A stretch of 64,000 bases of DNA, from assembly GCA_034439915.1 (NCBI GenBank), contig JAWXBI010000131.1, positions 701-64,700 on the forward strand, given 5' to 3'. Position 1 is the first letter of the stretch. Every line of letters begins with the position of its first letter. Under the pieces are notes generated by a model, which saw only the letters and a list, made by a program, of their open reading frames with translations, was not told the origin of the DNA and made no database searches. Below, piece after piece: positions 39,500 to 50,229 of this stretch. The position numbers were made by a program, and so were the translations under genes. Source of the DNA: Saprospiraceae bacterium. Lineage in GTDB: Bacteria; Bacteroidota; Bacteroidia; Chitinophagales; Saprospiraceae.

Positions 39500-39816
39500 G
39501 AGGGTTATTGGGGAATCCGTTTAGAATACAAATAGATCAGCTTCATTTATCTTTCTTTTTAGCAAGGGGTTTTTAATGGGTCCACCGGTTTTTGACTTTT
39601 TTGACGCAGACCAATCAAAAGTAGCACCAGGTAAACCAGCATTAAACGGGTTGATTTCACGATGGATTTTCTTCAAATTTAGTCATTCGGCTTTTACTCC
39701 GTTTGGGAAAATCAAGAGGGATAAATCCAATTTGCAAAGGTGTGGAACAAATTTCAGCGAGATGAATATTATTTGCAATTTTGCAGCCTGGACCAATAAA
39801 TATATAAAAAACTTAA

Positions 39817-40410
39817 ATGTATTATTATTTGAAGGGAAAACTGACCGCCGTGCATCCTACCATGGCGGTGATCGATTGTGGCGGAATAGGTTTTCATGTG
39901 CACATTAGTCTTCATACCTACGGTCAGATCGATAAAAAGGAGGAGGTGTTGTTGTATACCCATCTGGCTATCAAGGAAGATGCCCATGTATTGTATGGAT
40001 TTGCCCATCTGGATGAGAAAATATTGTTTCAACAACTCATATCCGTCAGCGGGGTAGGCACCGGCACTGCCCAGTTGATCTTATCCGCAATCACCCCCGA
40101 TGCTATCAAAATGGCTATCCTGCGGGAGGATGACCTGACCTTTAAATCCATCAAGGGTATAGGTGAAAAAACAGCCAAGCGTATTATCCTGGACCTCAAA
40201 GATAAAATTGGCAAAGAAGGAGATCAGAAATCAATTGTGCCCGGCCCGGCATATCACAATACTTTGATGGGTGAAGCGTTATCTGCATTAGTTGCTTTGG
40301 GATTTCAACGACAGAAAAGCCAACAGGTACTGTCGGGTATACTTCAAAAGCAAACTATTCAGAGCGTGGAAGAGCTGATTAAACAGGCATTGAAACAGTT
40401 GTCATCATAA
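39817..40410 (+). CDS. ruvA: Holliday junction DNA helicase subunit RuvA
   Basis: 197 aa. 'YYLKGKLTAVHPTMAVIDCGGIGFHVHISLHTY' OB domain; HhH motifs 'VSGVGTGTAQLILS' and 'IKGIGEKTAKRIILDLKDK'. Confidence 0.95.
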   Translation: MYYYLKGKLTAVHPTMAVIDCGGIGFHVHISLHTYGQIDKKEEVLLYTHLAIKEDAHVLYGFAHLDEKILFQQLISVSGVGTGTAQLILSAITPDAIKMAILREDDLTFKSIKGIGEKTAKRIILDLKDKIGKEGDQKSIVPGPAYHNTLMGEALSALVALGFQRQKSQQVLSGILQKQTIQSVEELIKQALKQLSS

Positions 40411-40567
40411 ATTTTTTAAGGGGTCATATTAATATTGAAATTAATGCATAACTATTTTTAAATTAGAAAGTTATTATTATTTTCGCCACTGACAATTGTG
40501 AAACCAACTACCTCAATAACACATAAAATTCGATATGCCCCACAGGGGCTCTCGGTGAACCATTAAA

Positions 40568-43500
40568 ATGAAGTCTGTACACTTTATTGTAATTTCTATT
40601 TTTTCTGTTTTAGGTATTGCAGACTCCCTGGGTAACCGTACTCTATTCACTGGTTCAAACATTAAGGAATATTTAACGGCAAAACCCGATACTACTCCTG
40701 CCCAGAAAATCAGACTTCCTCAAGACAAACAAGACCCTATTTCCCTTAAGGATCCTTCTTCCATAGAAAAAGAAATTCAATACGATCCGGAAACCAACCG
40801 CTATATCATCACCGAGCGGATTGGGTCAGACTACATCAACAGTTCTTCTATGACTTTTGAAGAATATGTGAAATATAAAAACAAACAACTCGAACAACAA
40901 TATTTTAATCAACTCGCCGGGACTACCTCCTCCAATCAGACCACCGGTAAAGACCCCGTGGACAAAATTGATGTCAAAAAAACACTCATTGACCGTTTGT
41001 TTGGAGGAAATACAGTGGAAATAAAACCACAGGGAAATGTCGACCTCACCTTTGGTGCCAATTATCAGAATGTAAGAAACCCCTCGCTCACAATTCGACA
41101 GCAACGCCAGACCAACTTTGATTTCGATATGAACATTCAAATGAATCTTCAGGGAAAAATCGGAGAAAAGCTGAATCTGAATACCAGCTACAACAGTCAG
41201 GCTACTTTTGATTTTGACAATGTGATGAAACTGAATTACAACAGTGACCAGTTCAGTGAAGATGAAATACTTAAAAAAATTGATGCAGGGGATGTCAGTC
41301 TCCCGCTTCGTACCAGTTTAATCCAGGGGGCTCAGAAATTGTTTGGAGTTAAAGCGGAGACTCAGTTTGGGCATTTGAGGCTGACCGGTATAGCTTCCCA
41401 ATCGCGGACTCAACAACAACGCATCAACCTGCAGGGAGGCGCTTTAGTGCAGGATTTTGAAATTCAGGGCGATGAGTACGACGAAAATCAACATTATTTT
41501 CTTGGTCATTATTTCCGGAATACGTTTGAAGGGGCTATGGTTCGGTTGCCCTACATCAGTACCCTCGCAAAAATAGATCTCACCAGCTTACAGGTCTGGA
41601 TCAGCCCGGACCCCAGGGACATCAACAATCTGCGGCAGGTGGTTGCCTTTTCCGACCTCGGCGAATATGACCGCATGAATAATCCGAATGCGGATTTCTG
41701 GAGAATGGGGGTCACACCGGTCATTGATATGACCACCAATCAAAAACTTCCAACCAACGGAACAAATCGGATCTATCAACAATTTATAGCAGATCCCAAC
41801 TTAAGACAAACCGACAAAGTAGTCAGCGGGCTTCAAAGGCCCCCTTTCAATTTTACAATAGGCCGTGATTTTGAGGTTTTCAAAGGCAAATTGCTGGATC
41901 CGCGTGATTTTACTGTCCATCCGGATCTGGGGTTTATTTCATTCAGACGCACCGTTCGCCCCAGTGATATCGTGGCGATTTCGTATAAATATACTTTTAA
42001 CGGTAAAGCTTACAAGGTGGGAGAATTTACCCAGGAAGTTGCCCCGGATTCGCTCAATGTCATTGTCACCAAATTGGTAAAACCCAGGTCAAACCGGGTA
42101 GATATCCCAATCTGGGACCTGATGATGAAGAATTTTTATTCTCTCCGGTCTTTTGGAATCAGCGAAGAAGACTTTAAACTGGACATTTTGTTTGATGACC
42201 CGGGTGCTGGTGAAAAAAGGTTTTTGCCTGAGACCGAATTAAAAAGTATCCCTTTACTCAACTTACTTAACCTCGACAAATTAAATAAACAACGGGACCC
42301 ATTTCCGGATGGCGTCTTTGATTTTGTACCGGGTTTGACTATAGACCCCCAAAACGGTAAAATGATGTTTCCCGTGCTGGAACCTTTTGGGCAAAGCCTC
42401 GGCAGGAAAATCTCAGATCCGGACTTGAGGAAAAAATATGTATTCCAACAATTGTATGATTCCACTAAAACACAATCTTTAAATTTCCCCGAAGCCAATC
42501 GTTATATCATTCGGGGCGAATATAAATCAGCCAACGGTGGTGACGTGGCACTTAATTCATTTAATATCCCACAGGGATCCGTAAGGGTCAAAGCAGGCGC
42601 ACAGGAATTGAGTCCAAGCCAATATGAAATAGATTATCAAACAGGCCGGGTGCGGGTTACAGACCCGGCGATCCTGAGTTCAGGAGTGCCGGTGACCATT
42701 GATTATGAAGACAATTCCTTGTTTGGTTTTAATAACAACAGGACTATGTTTGGTTTGCGTGGGGAATATGAATTTAATAAACACCTTTCGCTGGGTGGCA
42801 CAGTAATGCGGTTGTTTGAGAGGCCTTATACGCAAAAAGTCAACATCGGCGAGGACCCGATCAATAATGCGATTTATGGATTGGACCTGGTCTACAATAA
42901 CGAAGCTCCCTGGATTACCAGATTATTGGACAGATTACCCCTGTTATCAACCAAAGAACCATCGAAAATTTCATTTTTGGGAGAAGCTGCTGCCTTAAGG
43001 CCTGGTCACTCCAAAGCGATCAACCAGGGGAAAGACAAGGGAGGTACAGCTTATATCGATGATTTTGAAGGAAGCACCAGCAGTCAGGACCTGGGAACTC
43101 AGATCAATTTGTGGTTTCCCGCCAGTACCCCTTCCAGTAAGAGATTCAGGGAAGGCGGTCCGGATAATTCCAATACTACTTTTCCATTTGTCAACAGGGC
43201 TAAATTAAGCTGGTACAGGGTCGACCGGAGGGTACGAAACGGAAATGAAGATGCCTATTCGGTAGGTATTAATATCACCGAATTATTTCCCAATCGAAAT
43301 ATCGGGCCTGGGCTCAATAATGAATTATATACGTTTAATATGCATTTTAACCCTGCAGAACGGGGGCCATATAATTTTGATGTACCCGGTGGCACACCCT
43401 ATTCGGCAGGTTTGGACCAGAATGGAAAACTGAGGAGTCCAACTTCCAGATGGGGGGGGATACAACGCGGTCTGTATAATACCGACTTTGAAGCAGCTAA

Positions 43501-46500
43501 TATTGAAACGATAGAATTTTGGGTACTCAATCCCTTCATGCCTAAATCAGACGGGTCGCCCATAACACGTGGCGGCAACCTATACATCAACCTGGGTGAT
43601 ATCACCGAAGATATTATGCGCGATGGTCAACTCTATTTTGAAAATGGACTGCCCACGACCCAAAACAAGACCCGTGTTGACACCACAGCCTGGGGTAGGG
43701 TGCCGTTGGTACAAAGTATAACCCGGGCACACAATAATGACCCTGAGATCCTGAAACAACAGGACCTCGGATTCGATGGTCTGGATGATGACGGCGAACG
43801 CCAGTATTTTGCCGATTATTTACAAAAAGTACAATCACTCAACCCCCTGGTGTTTGAAAGAATCAGGGAAGACCCGTCGAACGATAATTATAAATATTTT
43901 AATGATGAATCTTTTGCACCCACCGATGATATTTATACCCGGTATAAAGACTGGAACAATCCGCAGGGCAACAGCAGTTTCACCGAATTGACCGGTACCG
44001 AAGCCAAAAACTATACCCAATATCCCGAGTCGGAAGACATAAATGATGACAACGCTTTTGACCAGAGTGAAGCATATTATGAATACCGTGTCCCGATGTT
44101 TCCCGATAATGCGGGTGGCATGGCAATTAATAAATATATCACCGATACCATTTCCGGACCAGGAGGGCGTATCTGGTACCGGGTAAAAATTCCTTTGGAA
44201 AGCCCGGATACAACCGTAGGATCGATCAGTGGACTCAGGAACATCCGTTTTATCCGCATGTTTATGGCGGATTTTGACCAATCGGTCACCCTTCGAATGA
44301 ATGCCATCGATATGGTCAGGAACCAATGGCGTCGTTACCGGTTGCCTTTGTGCGCGAGTGATGATATAGATGACAATTTTAAATTTGATATTAATGATGT
44401 CAATATTGAAGAAAACAGTCAACGGTTCCCTATACCTTATGTAGTCCCGGCAGGGATTCAACGAGAAAATTCCATAGGGCCTTTTCCGTATTTGTTGCAA
44501 AATGAACAATCTATCGCATTGACGGTCAAAGACCTCAAAGGGGGTTGCGCCTCCGCAGTCTATAAAACCATCCGGATGGATATGAGGAATTATGAAAGTA
44601 TACGCATGTTTGTTCATGCCGATTCCCCGGAAAATTTATCCAAACAAGAATTCACCACTTTTGTCCGGATAGGAAGTGATTTTACCAATAATTATTATGA
44701 ATATCAGATTCCGACTATTCTCAGTAAACGCGAGCTGGTAATACCGGGCCAGGAGTCGAGTGAAATCTGGAAAGTGGAAAACGAACTCAACCTTGAACTG
44801 CAAGCCTTTGTCAATCTGAAAAAGGAACGAAATTTAAATAATGCTCCGCTCGACCAGGAATATAAGATCCCTGATCCTAAAAATCCGGACAGGATGATGG
44901 TTGTTGTGGGCAATCCAACATTGGGTAAAATCAAACAAGTGATGTTGGGCATGAGGTTCCCGGTGCGCAGCGCTATGGAGCACGCGGCCGATGTTTGGTT
45001 TAATGAATTGCGTTTAAACGGGATCAATGAGCAGGGCGGATATGGCGCGATAGGCAGGCTGGATATCCAATTGGCTGATCTGGGTGATATGTCCATTAGC
45101 GGTAATCTTAACTCCATTGGTTGGGGCGCATTAGACCAGAAAGTCCTGGAAAGGCGTCAGGAAGACCTCAAACAATTTGATATCAATTCCAATCTCGAAC
45201 TCGGTAAATTTTTACCGTCTAAATGGGGAATAAAAATCCCGCTGTATACCCAGTTTAGTGTAAATACCAGTTCACCCAAATTCGATCCTTACGATCTGGA
45301 TATAAAACTTAAAGAAAAACTGGTGGAATCCCGTAGCAGCACTGAGAGAGATAGTATCCGGACTCAGGCCCAGGATTATGAAGCCATACGAAGTATCAAT
45401 TTTACCAATGTCAGGAAAGAACGGACAGGAGACAGCAAACCCGCGCCCTGGGATATTTCAAATTTTAGTTTCAATTATTCGTTTACACAAAACACCAATC
45501 ACGATCCGATTGTGGAAGAAGATCAGGAAAATGTTTATAAAGGAGGTTTTAATTATGTTTTTGCCCGGCAGGCTAAATACTTCACTCCATTTAAAAAACT
45601 GACCAAAAACGATAAACTCATCCGGTTTATCACCCAGTTCAACATCAACCCCCTGCCCAATAGTTTTTCTTTTTCTACCGGTCTTGACCGCAGATACGGC
45701 ACCCGGGCCTTCCGGTTTTCTACCCCTGAATACGGCACTTCAATTACTAAATTGTTTTATTGGGACCGCAAATACAATTTACAGTGGGACCTGACCCAAT
45801 CGCTCAAATTTTCTTTTAATGCTTCCAACAATTCAGCCATCGATGAACTGGCTGTGATGGATAGCCTGGGCAGAGTAGATCCCAATTATGATGAGAAAAG
45901 GAATAAAGAACTCATTTGGGAGAACATCCGTCGCCTGGGTCGCCCCAAAAATTATATGCATAATTATAATGCCAGTTATAATTTACCGACCCGTCATATA
46001 CCCTTGATGGACTGGATACAGGTTACAGCACAGGGCAGCGGTACTTTTGCCTGGTTGGCCGGATCCGAAAACGTCGTTGACTTTTTAGGCAATGTGATTC
46101 AAAATAGTCAAACCCGGCAGCTTTCAGCAAACCTCAATTTTGATGCCCTGTATGATAAATGGAGTTATCTGCAAAAAATAAATCAACCGGCTGGTCAGAG
46201 CACTACCACCCCCCGTACCCGGGACAGGACTGCACCCCAGCCCGGGGCGCCTCAACCTGCCACCAGAGAAAAGAAAGATCGACAGCCATCCTGGATCGAG
46301 CGGCTATTGATCCGTCCGTTAATGAGTTTGCGCAAAGGCAGATTAACTTATAGTGAAAATCTGGCTTCACTGGTACCTGGGTTCAAAGCCTTACCAAAAT
46401 ATCTTGGGTTAGCCAATGGGTTTGGTGATCCGGGTTGGGCCTATGTATTAGGTATGGACCCGACACAAACCTGGTTGGATGAGATCGGCCGCAGAGGTAT

Positions 46501-47713
46501 GATTACAGAAGATATCCGGTTGAACCAGCAATTTTCAAGAAACTACAACCAGACCCTGGATGCCCGGTTGACGGTGGAACCTTTCAGTGAGTTTAACATT
46601 GAAATTTCATTAAATAAAAATTATACCCGCAATTATCTTGAATTTTTCAAAAATGATGGATCGGGTGCCGGATTAAAACATCTTACTCCGACGGAAGTGG
46701 GTTCATTTAATATTTCCTACCTGGGAATAAACACCTTATTCGGGAAAAACGTGGACAGCCTCTATGCCCAGTTTGAACGCAACCGTGCAATATTTTCTGA
46801 GCGGCAACCCAATAAACCAGGTGCAGGAAACCATCCCAATGACCTGGGATATATTGAAGGTTTTGGACGCAAGAATCAGAATGTCATTATTCCGGCATTC
46901 ATCGCTACCTATACTGGTCTGGATCCCCAAAATTCAGGTTTAGATATATTTAAAACGAAACCCAGGCCAAACTGGCAATTGACTTATAATGGGTTGCACA
47001 AACTGCCCTTTCTCAATAAGGTGCTCTCGGGGGCGAGTATACGACATGGTTACAATTCTAAATTGATGGTCAATCAATATAATACGGACGTATTTTATGA
47101 CCCGGATTCGGTCTATCGCACCAAAGCGCTGACCTCAGACTATTATTCCCGAATCGAGATACCCAATGTGGTCATGACGGAATCGTTTAGCCCATTGATT
47201 GGAATCGATTTTAAAACCCTCAATGACCTTCAGTTTAATTTTGATTATTCGGTTCAACGCAGTTTGTCCCTCAATATGATCGACTATCAATTGATAGAAC
47301 AAAACTCTAAAGAACTGACTATTGGTTTTGGATGGCGTATCAAAAATGTGGTCTTTCCATTTGGAAATGGCAAACCACAGCGTACCCGTGCGCCGCGTCC
47401 TACCGATGATCAGACACCGGATGCCCGAGGGCGGACCAATCCTGCGGCAAAAAAAGGAAACGACCTCAACCTTAAGTTTGACCTGTCCTTCCGCGATGAC
47501 CTGACCAATAATCGGGTACTCGACCAGGATCAAAATGTGCCTACTCGGGGCGCTAAGACGCTGCGTTTTTCCAATGCAGCAGATTATGAGTTAAACGACC
47601 GGGTGACTTTAAGATTATTTTTTGATTACAACAGGATCATCCCTGCCGTCCAGGAATCTTTCCCCATAACTACTGCCAAAGGGGGTATTACCGTCAGACT
47701 GGCATTGAAATAA
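40568..47713 (+). CDS. sprA: type IX secretion system translocon / gliding-motility protein SprA
   Basis: 2381-aa signal-peptide-bearing giant beta-rich protein. Its size, composition and position are typical of Bacteroidota SprA, including a 'YIDDFEGS'-type segment. I cannot run a search, so family assignment rests on recognition. Confidence 0.85.
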   Translation: MKSVHFIVISIFSVLGIADSLGNRTLFTGSNIKEYLTAKPDTTPAQKIRLPQDKQDPISLKDPSSIEKEIQYDPETNRYIITERIGSDYINSSSMTFEEYVKYKNKQLEQQYFNQLAGTTSSNQTTGKDPVDKIDVKKTLIDRLFGGNTVEIKPQGNVDLTFGANYQNVRNPSLTIRQQRQTNFDFDMNIQMNLQGKIGEKLNLNTSYNSQATFDFDNVMKLNYNSDQFSEDEILKKIDAGDVSLPLRTSLIQGAQKLFGVKAETQFGHLRLTGIASQSRTQQQRINLQGGALVQDFEIQGDEYDENQHYFLGHYFRNTFEGAMVRLPYISTLAKIDLTSLQVWISPDPRDINNLRQVVAFSDLGEYDRMNNPNADFWRMGVTPVIDMTTNQKLPTNGTNRIYQQFIADPNLRQTDKVVSGLQRPPFNFTIGRDFEVFKGKLLDPRDFTVHPDLGFISFRRTVRPSDIVAISYKYTFNGKAYKVGEFTQEVAPDSLNVIVTKLVKPRSNRVDIPIWDLMMKNFYSLRSFGISEEDFKLDILFDDPGAGEKRFLPETELKSIPLLNLLNLDKLNKQRDPFPDGVFDFVPGLTIDPQNGKMMFPVLEPFGQSLGRKISDPDLRKKYVFQQLYDSTKTQSLNFPEANRYIIRGEYKSANGGDVALNSFNIPQGSVRVKAGAQELSPSQYEIDYQTGRVRVTDPAILSSGVPVTIDYEDNSLFGFNNNRTMFGLRGEYEFNKHLSLGGTVMRLFERPYTQKVNIGEDPINNAIYGLDLVYNNEAPWITRLLDRLPLLSTKEPSKISFLGEAAALRPGHSKAINQGKDKGGTAYIDDFEGSTSSQDLGTQINLWFPASTPSSKRFREGGPDNSNTTFPFVNRAKLSWYRVDRRVRNGNEDAYSVGINITELFPNRNIGPGLNNELYTFNMHFNPAERGPYNFDVPGGTPYSAGLDQNGKLRSPTSRWGGIQRGLYNTDFEAANIETIEFWVLNPFMPKSDGSPITRGGNLYINLGDITEDIMRDGQLYFENGLPTTQNKTRVDTTAWGRVPLVQSITRAHNNDPEILKQQDLGFDGLDDDGERQYFADYLQKVQSLNPLVFERIREDPSNDNYKYFNDESFAPTDDIYTRYKDWNNPQGNSSFTELTGTEAKNYTQYPESEDINDDNAFDQSEAYYEYRVPMFPDNAGGMAINKYITDTISGPGGRIWYRVKIPLESPDTTVGSISGLRNIRFIRMFMADFDQSVTLRMNAIDMVRNQWRRYRLPLCASDDIDDNFKFDINDVNIEENSQRFPIPYVVPAGIQRENSIGPFPYLLQNEQSIALTVKDLKGGCASAVYKTIRMDMRNYESIRMFVHADSPENLSKQEFTTFVRIGSDFTNNYYEYQIPTILSKRELVIPGQESSEIWKVENELNLELQAFVNLKKERNLNNAPLDQEYKIPDPKNPDRMMVVVGNPTLGKIKQVMLGMRFPVRSAMEHAADVWFNELRLNGINEQGGYGAIGRLDIQLADLGDMSISGNLNSIGWGALDQKVLERRQEDLKQFDINSNLELGKFLPSKWGIKIPLYTQFSVNTSSPKFDPYDLDIKLKEKLVESRSSTERDSIRTQAQDYEAIRSINFTNVRKERTGDSKPAPWDISNFSFNYSFTQNTNHDPIVEEDQENVYKGGFNYVFARQAKYFTPFKKLTKNDKLIRFITQFNINPLPNSFSFSTGLDRRYGTRAFRFSTPEYGTSITKLFYWDRKYNLQWDLTQSLKFSFNASNNSAIDELAVMDSLGRVDPNYDEKRNKELIWENIRRLGRPKNYMHNYNASYNLPTRHIPLMDWIQVTAQGSGTFAWLAGSENVVDFLGNVIQNSQTRQLSANLNFDALYDKWSYLQKINQPAGQSTTTPRTRDRTAPQPGAPQPATREKKDRQPSWIERLLIRPLMSLRKGRLTYSENLASLVPGFKALPKYLGLANGFGDPGWAYVLGMDPTQTWLDEIGRRGMITEDIRLNQQFSRNYNQTLDARLTVEPFSEFNIEISLNKNYTRNYLEFFKNDGSGAGLKHLTPTEVGSFNISYLGINTLFGKNVDSLYAQFERNRAIFSERQPNKPGAGNHPNDLGYIEGFGRKNQNVIIPAFIATYTGLDPQNSGLDIFKTKPRPNWQLTYNGLHKLPFLNKVLSGASIRHGYNSKLMVNQYNTDVFYDPDSVYRTKALTSDYYSRIEIPNVVMTESFSPLIGIDFKTLNDLQFNFDYSVQRSLSLNMIDYQLIEQNSKELTIGFGWRIKNVVFPFGNGKPQRTRAPRPTDDQTPDARGRTNPAAKKGNDLNLKFDLSFRDDLTNNRVLDQDQNVPTRGAKTLRFSNAADYELNDRVTLRLFFDYNRIIPAVQESFPITTAKGGITVRLALK

Positions 47714-47813
47714 TGTAAATTTGCGCCCTGTTTTGCCGTCTGCTGATTTTCAAAACTAAGGTCAGGGGCTCTAAAAATATGATACAATTCGATAATGTAA
47801 AGACCGGAGGTCA

Positions 47814-49166
47814 ATGACCAAACAAACTATTTGGCTGATCATCATTTCAATGGGTATTGCCTTAATGGGAAGTATCCTGCTCCAGATGTATTGGATCCGG
47901 TTGACCTTGAGGGAACAAGAAAACCAATTCGATCGCGAAGTTAATCAAGCGTTGGTCAGTGTAGTAGATGAAATCGAGAAGCGCGACAATAAAAATATTG
48001 AGGATTTTGTACCTCTGGGAGAAGCTGAAGGCCAAAAACTTATTACGGAATTTCTAAAAAAAGGGATCATCGACCGGATTGGGGGGAGGCACGGGTTTCT
48101 GGTCATTGACTCCCTCCTGAAAAGGGCAATTCATAAATTAGGTGATCGTCAGGAATATCACTACGGGATTTATTCGGACAAAGATTCGGGTTTTGTGGTT
48201 GTGGATAATATTTTTACGGTGACCTCGCTTAAAGCTTCTTTATCGCGTACCGGAATAAAGACCGGGCTTTATTATACTCCTTATACAATCAATATTTTTG
48301 ACAGAAGCAGCAATGGGGCGGGGCGCTTGTTTCTTTATCTGCCCAACCGGAAACAGATTATTTGGAAAAACCTGATACCGGCCGCTACGGGATCGTTATT
48401 ATTTACTTCCCTGATCCTGGCCTGTTTTGCCTATACCATATACATTATTCAGCGTCAGAAGAAAATCTCTGATATGAAAAATGATTTTATCAACAATATG
48501 ACCCACGAATTTAAAACACCGATTGCTACGATTTCCCTGGCCACCGATTCCATCAACAACCCCAGTATTATCTCCAACCAGGATAAAGTACAGCGGTTCA
48601 CACGCATCATCAAGCAGGAAAACACCCGCATGCTGGGACAAGTCGAGAAAGTGTTGCAATTGGCCCAACTGGAGAAAAAAGATCTGCAACTTAAATTTTC
48701 AGAGATCAATGTGCATCAATTATTGCAGGAAATTTCTGAGCATGTCAACCTCCAGATTAAGGGCAAGAAAGGTGATTTAAAACTTAATCTGGAGGCCAAA
48801 AATCCGGTGATAGAGGGGGATCTTACCCATATTTCCAATATTCTGTACAATCTCCTGGATAACGCCAATAAATATTCACCAGATTCACCGGATATCAAGG
48901 TCACTACCAGAAATGTCCTTCAGGGGATTGAAATTTCGATTGAAGACAAAGGGATAGGGATCAGCCGTGAAAACCAGAAATATATCTTTGAAAAATTTTA
49001 CCGGGTCTCCACCGGTAATCTCCATGATGTCAAAGGTTTTGGTCTGGGATTGAGTTACGTCAAAGTTATGGTGGATGCTCACCAGGGCCAGATCCAGGTT
49101 AAAAGTTCTCTAGGAAAAGGTAGCAATTTTGTTCTGTATTTTCCGTTTAAACAAAATAAAATTTAA
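47814..49166 (+). CDS. sensor histidine kinase (HisKA + HATPase_c, two TM helices)
   Basis: 450 aa. H-box 'MTHEFKTPIATISLA', N-box 'LLDNANKYSP', G-boxes 'DKGIGIS' and 'GFGLGLSYV'. Confidence 0.93.
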   Translation: MTKQTIWLIIISMGIALMGSILLQMYWIRLTLREQENQFDREVNQALVSVVDEIEKRDNKNIEDFVPLGEAEGQKLITEFLKKGIIDRIGGRHGFLVIDSLLKRAIHKLGDRQEYHYGIYSDKDSGFVVVDNIFTVTSLKASLSRTGIKTGLYYTPYTINIFDRSSNGAGRLFLYLPNRKQIIWKNLIPAATGSLLFTSLILACFAYTIYIIQRQKKISDMKNDFINNMTHEFKTPIATISLATDSINNPSIISNQDKVQRFTRIIKQENTRMLGQVEKVLQLAQLEKKDLQLKFSEINVHQLLQEISEHVNLQIKGKKGDLKLNLEAKNPVIEGDLTHISNILYNLLDNANKYSPDSPDIKVTTRNVLQGIEISIEDKGIGISRENQKYIFEKFYRVSTGNLHDVKGFGLGLSYVKVMVDAHQGQIQVKSSLGKGSNFVLYFPFKQNKI

Positions 49167-49363
49167 TAATCATTTTCATTTGAATATCATTATACAACCT
49201 TAAAATTATCTTAATTGGCTTGTATGTAATTGATTTTTAGTGATTAATGCCCTGCTTTTTTTTGTTATAAATTAATATTAGGAAAAATTGTTAAAATTTC
49301 ACTTTTTGTTAAAATTTATTTCGGGGTTTAAACGTTAACATTGTATCTAAACATTAACCCATT

Positions 49364-50083
49364 ATGGTAAAAACGAATAACAAAATCCTGCTTGTTGAAG
49401 ACGATCAAAATTTTGGTGATGTGCTGAGATCTTATCTCGAGATGCATGACTTTGAAGTAACCTTGGCTACAGATGGCCAGGAAGGTTATGAAGCATTCAG
49501 AAAAGACCATTTTGATCTTTGCATTTTCGATGTGATGATGCCTAAAAAGGATGGATTTACGCTTGCGAAAGATGTCCGTCAAAAGGACCCGGAAATGCCG
49601 ATCGTTTTCCTTACTGCCAAAACCTTAAAACAGGATATCCTGGAAGGTTTTAAAACCGGTGCAGATGACTATATCTCCAAACCGTTTAACTCCGAAGAAT
49701 TATTATACCGTATACAGGCTATTTTAAAACGAAGTAAAAAAGCCGCAGATCCCCGGGAAGAAATTAAAGAATTTACTATCGGTAAATATCATTTTAATTA
49801 TCCTTTGAGGTTATTGGTCAATACCGTCACCAATAAAAAAGATAAATTATCTCCCAAAGAAGCCCATCTCCTCAGGATGTTCTGTATGTATAAAAATGAT
49901 GTACTCGCCCGTTCAGAAGCCCTGACCAAGATATGGGGTGAGGACAACTATTTCACGGCAAGAAGCATGGATGTGTTTGTAACCAAATTGAGAAAATACC
50001 TGAAAGATGATACCGATCTTGAAATCGTAAATATTCACGGAAACGGATTTCAATTATTGGTAAAAAACGAAGCACCGGTTTAA
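49364..50083 (+). CDS. OmpR/PhoB-family response regulator (RprY-like)
   Basis: 239 aa. Receiver 'ILLVEDDQNFGDVL' and 'DLCIFDVMMPKKDGFTL'; C-terminal winged-helix domain ('LSPKEAHLLRMF', 'VFVTKLRKYL'). Confidence 0.93.
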   Translation: MVKTNNKILLVEDDQNFGDVLRSYLEMHDFEVTLATDGQEGYEAFRKDHFDLCIFDVMMPKKDGFTLAKDVRQKDPEMPIVFLTAKTLKQDILEGFKTGADDYISKPFNSEELLYRIQAILKRSKKAADPREEIKEFTIGKYHFNYPLRLLVNTVTNKKDKLSPKEAHLLRMFCMYKNDVLARSEALTKIWGEDNYFTARSMDVFVTKLRKYLKDDTDLEIVNIHGNGFQLLVKNEAPV

Positions 50084-50201
50084 CCCACATTTTTCAATAG
50101 GAAAAATGTGCACTCCATGCCGACGATAATTTGGTTTTACCAAATTATGTCGGGTTTAACCCCGATAAACTGCCATTAGCAGTTTTCATCGGCCCTTCCG
50201 G

Positions 50202-50229
50202 CAATTTTTGCAGTCAACTGCAAAAATTG
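50202..50229. terminator. perfect 12-bp hairpin in the convergent spacer (response regulator / M1 peptidase)
   Basis: 'CAATTTTTGCAG'-TCAA-'CTGCAAAAATTG', followed on the + strand by GGTTTT. It is the strongest of three hairpins in this spacer. Confidence 0.45.

Noticed and set aside
39576-39908. 110-aa + strand ORF upstream of ruvA.
   Set aside because: It overlaps the ruvA start by 92 nt in another frame. It is Phe/Cys/Trp-rich with an odd composition and no motifs, so it is probably a non-coding promoter region.
43835-44617. 260-aa antisense ORF inside sprA, plus other sprA-internal ORFs.
   Set aside because: It is embedded in a continuous 2381-codon frame whose product is recognisable. 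It has no independent start context or motifs, so it is a shadow ORF.
40543-47772. The identical 10-mer 'CAGGGGCTCT' 16 nt upstream of the sprA start (40543-40552) and 50 nt downstream of its stop (47763-47772). A related 'CAGGGGCTGT' occurs at 32419.
   Set aside because: It is only 10 nt with no extended similarity in the flanks, and each copy is part of a different local hairpin. That is too short to claim a repeat family without a genome-wide count.
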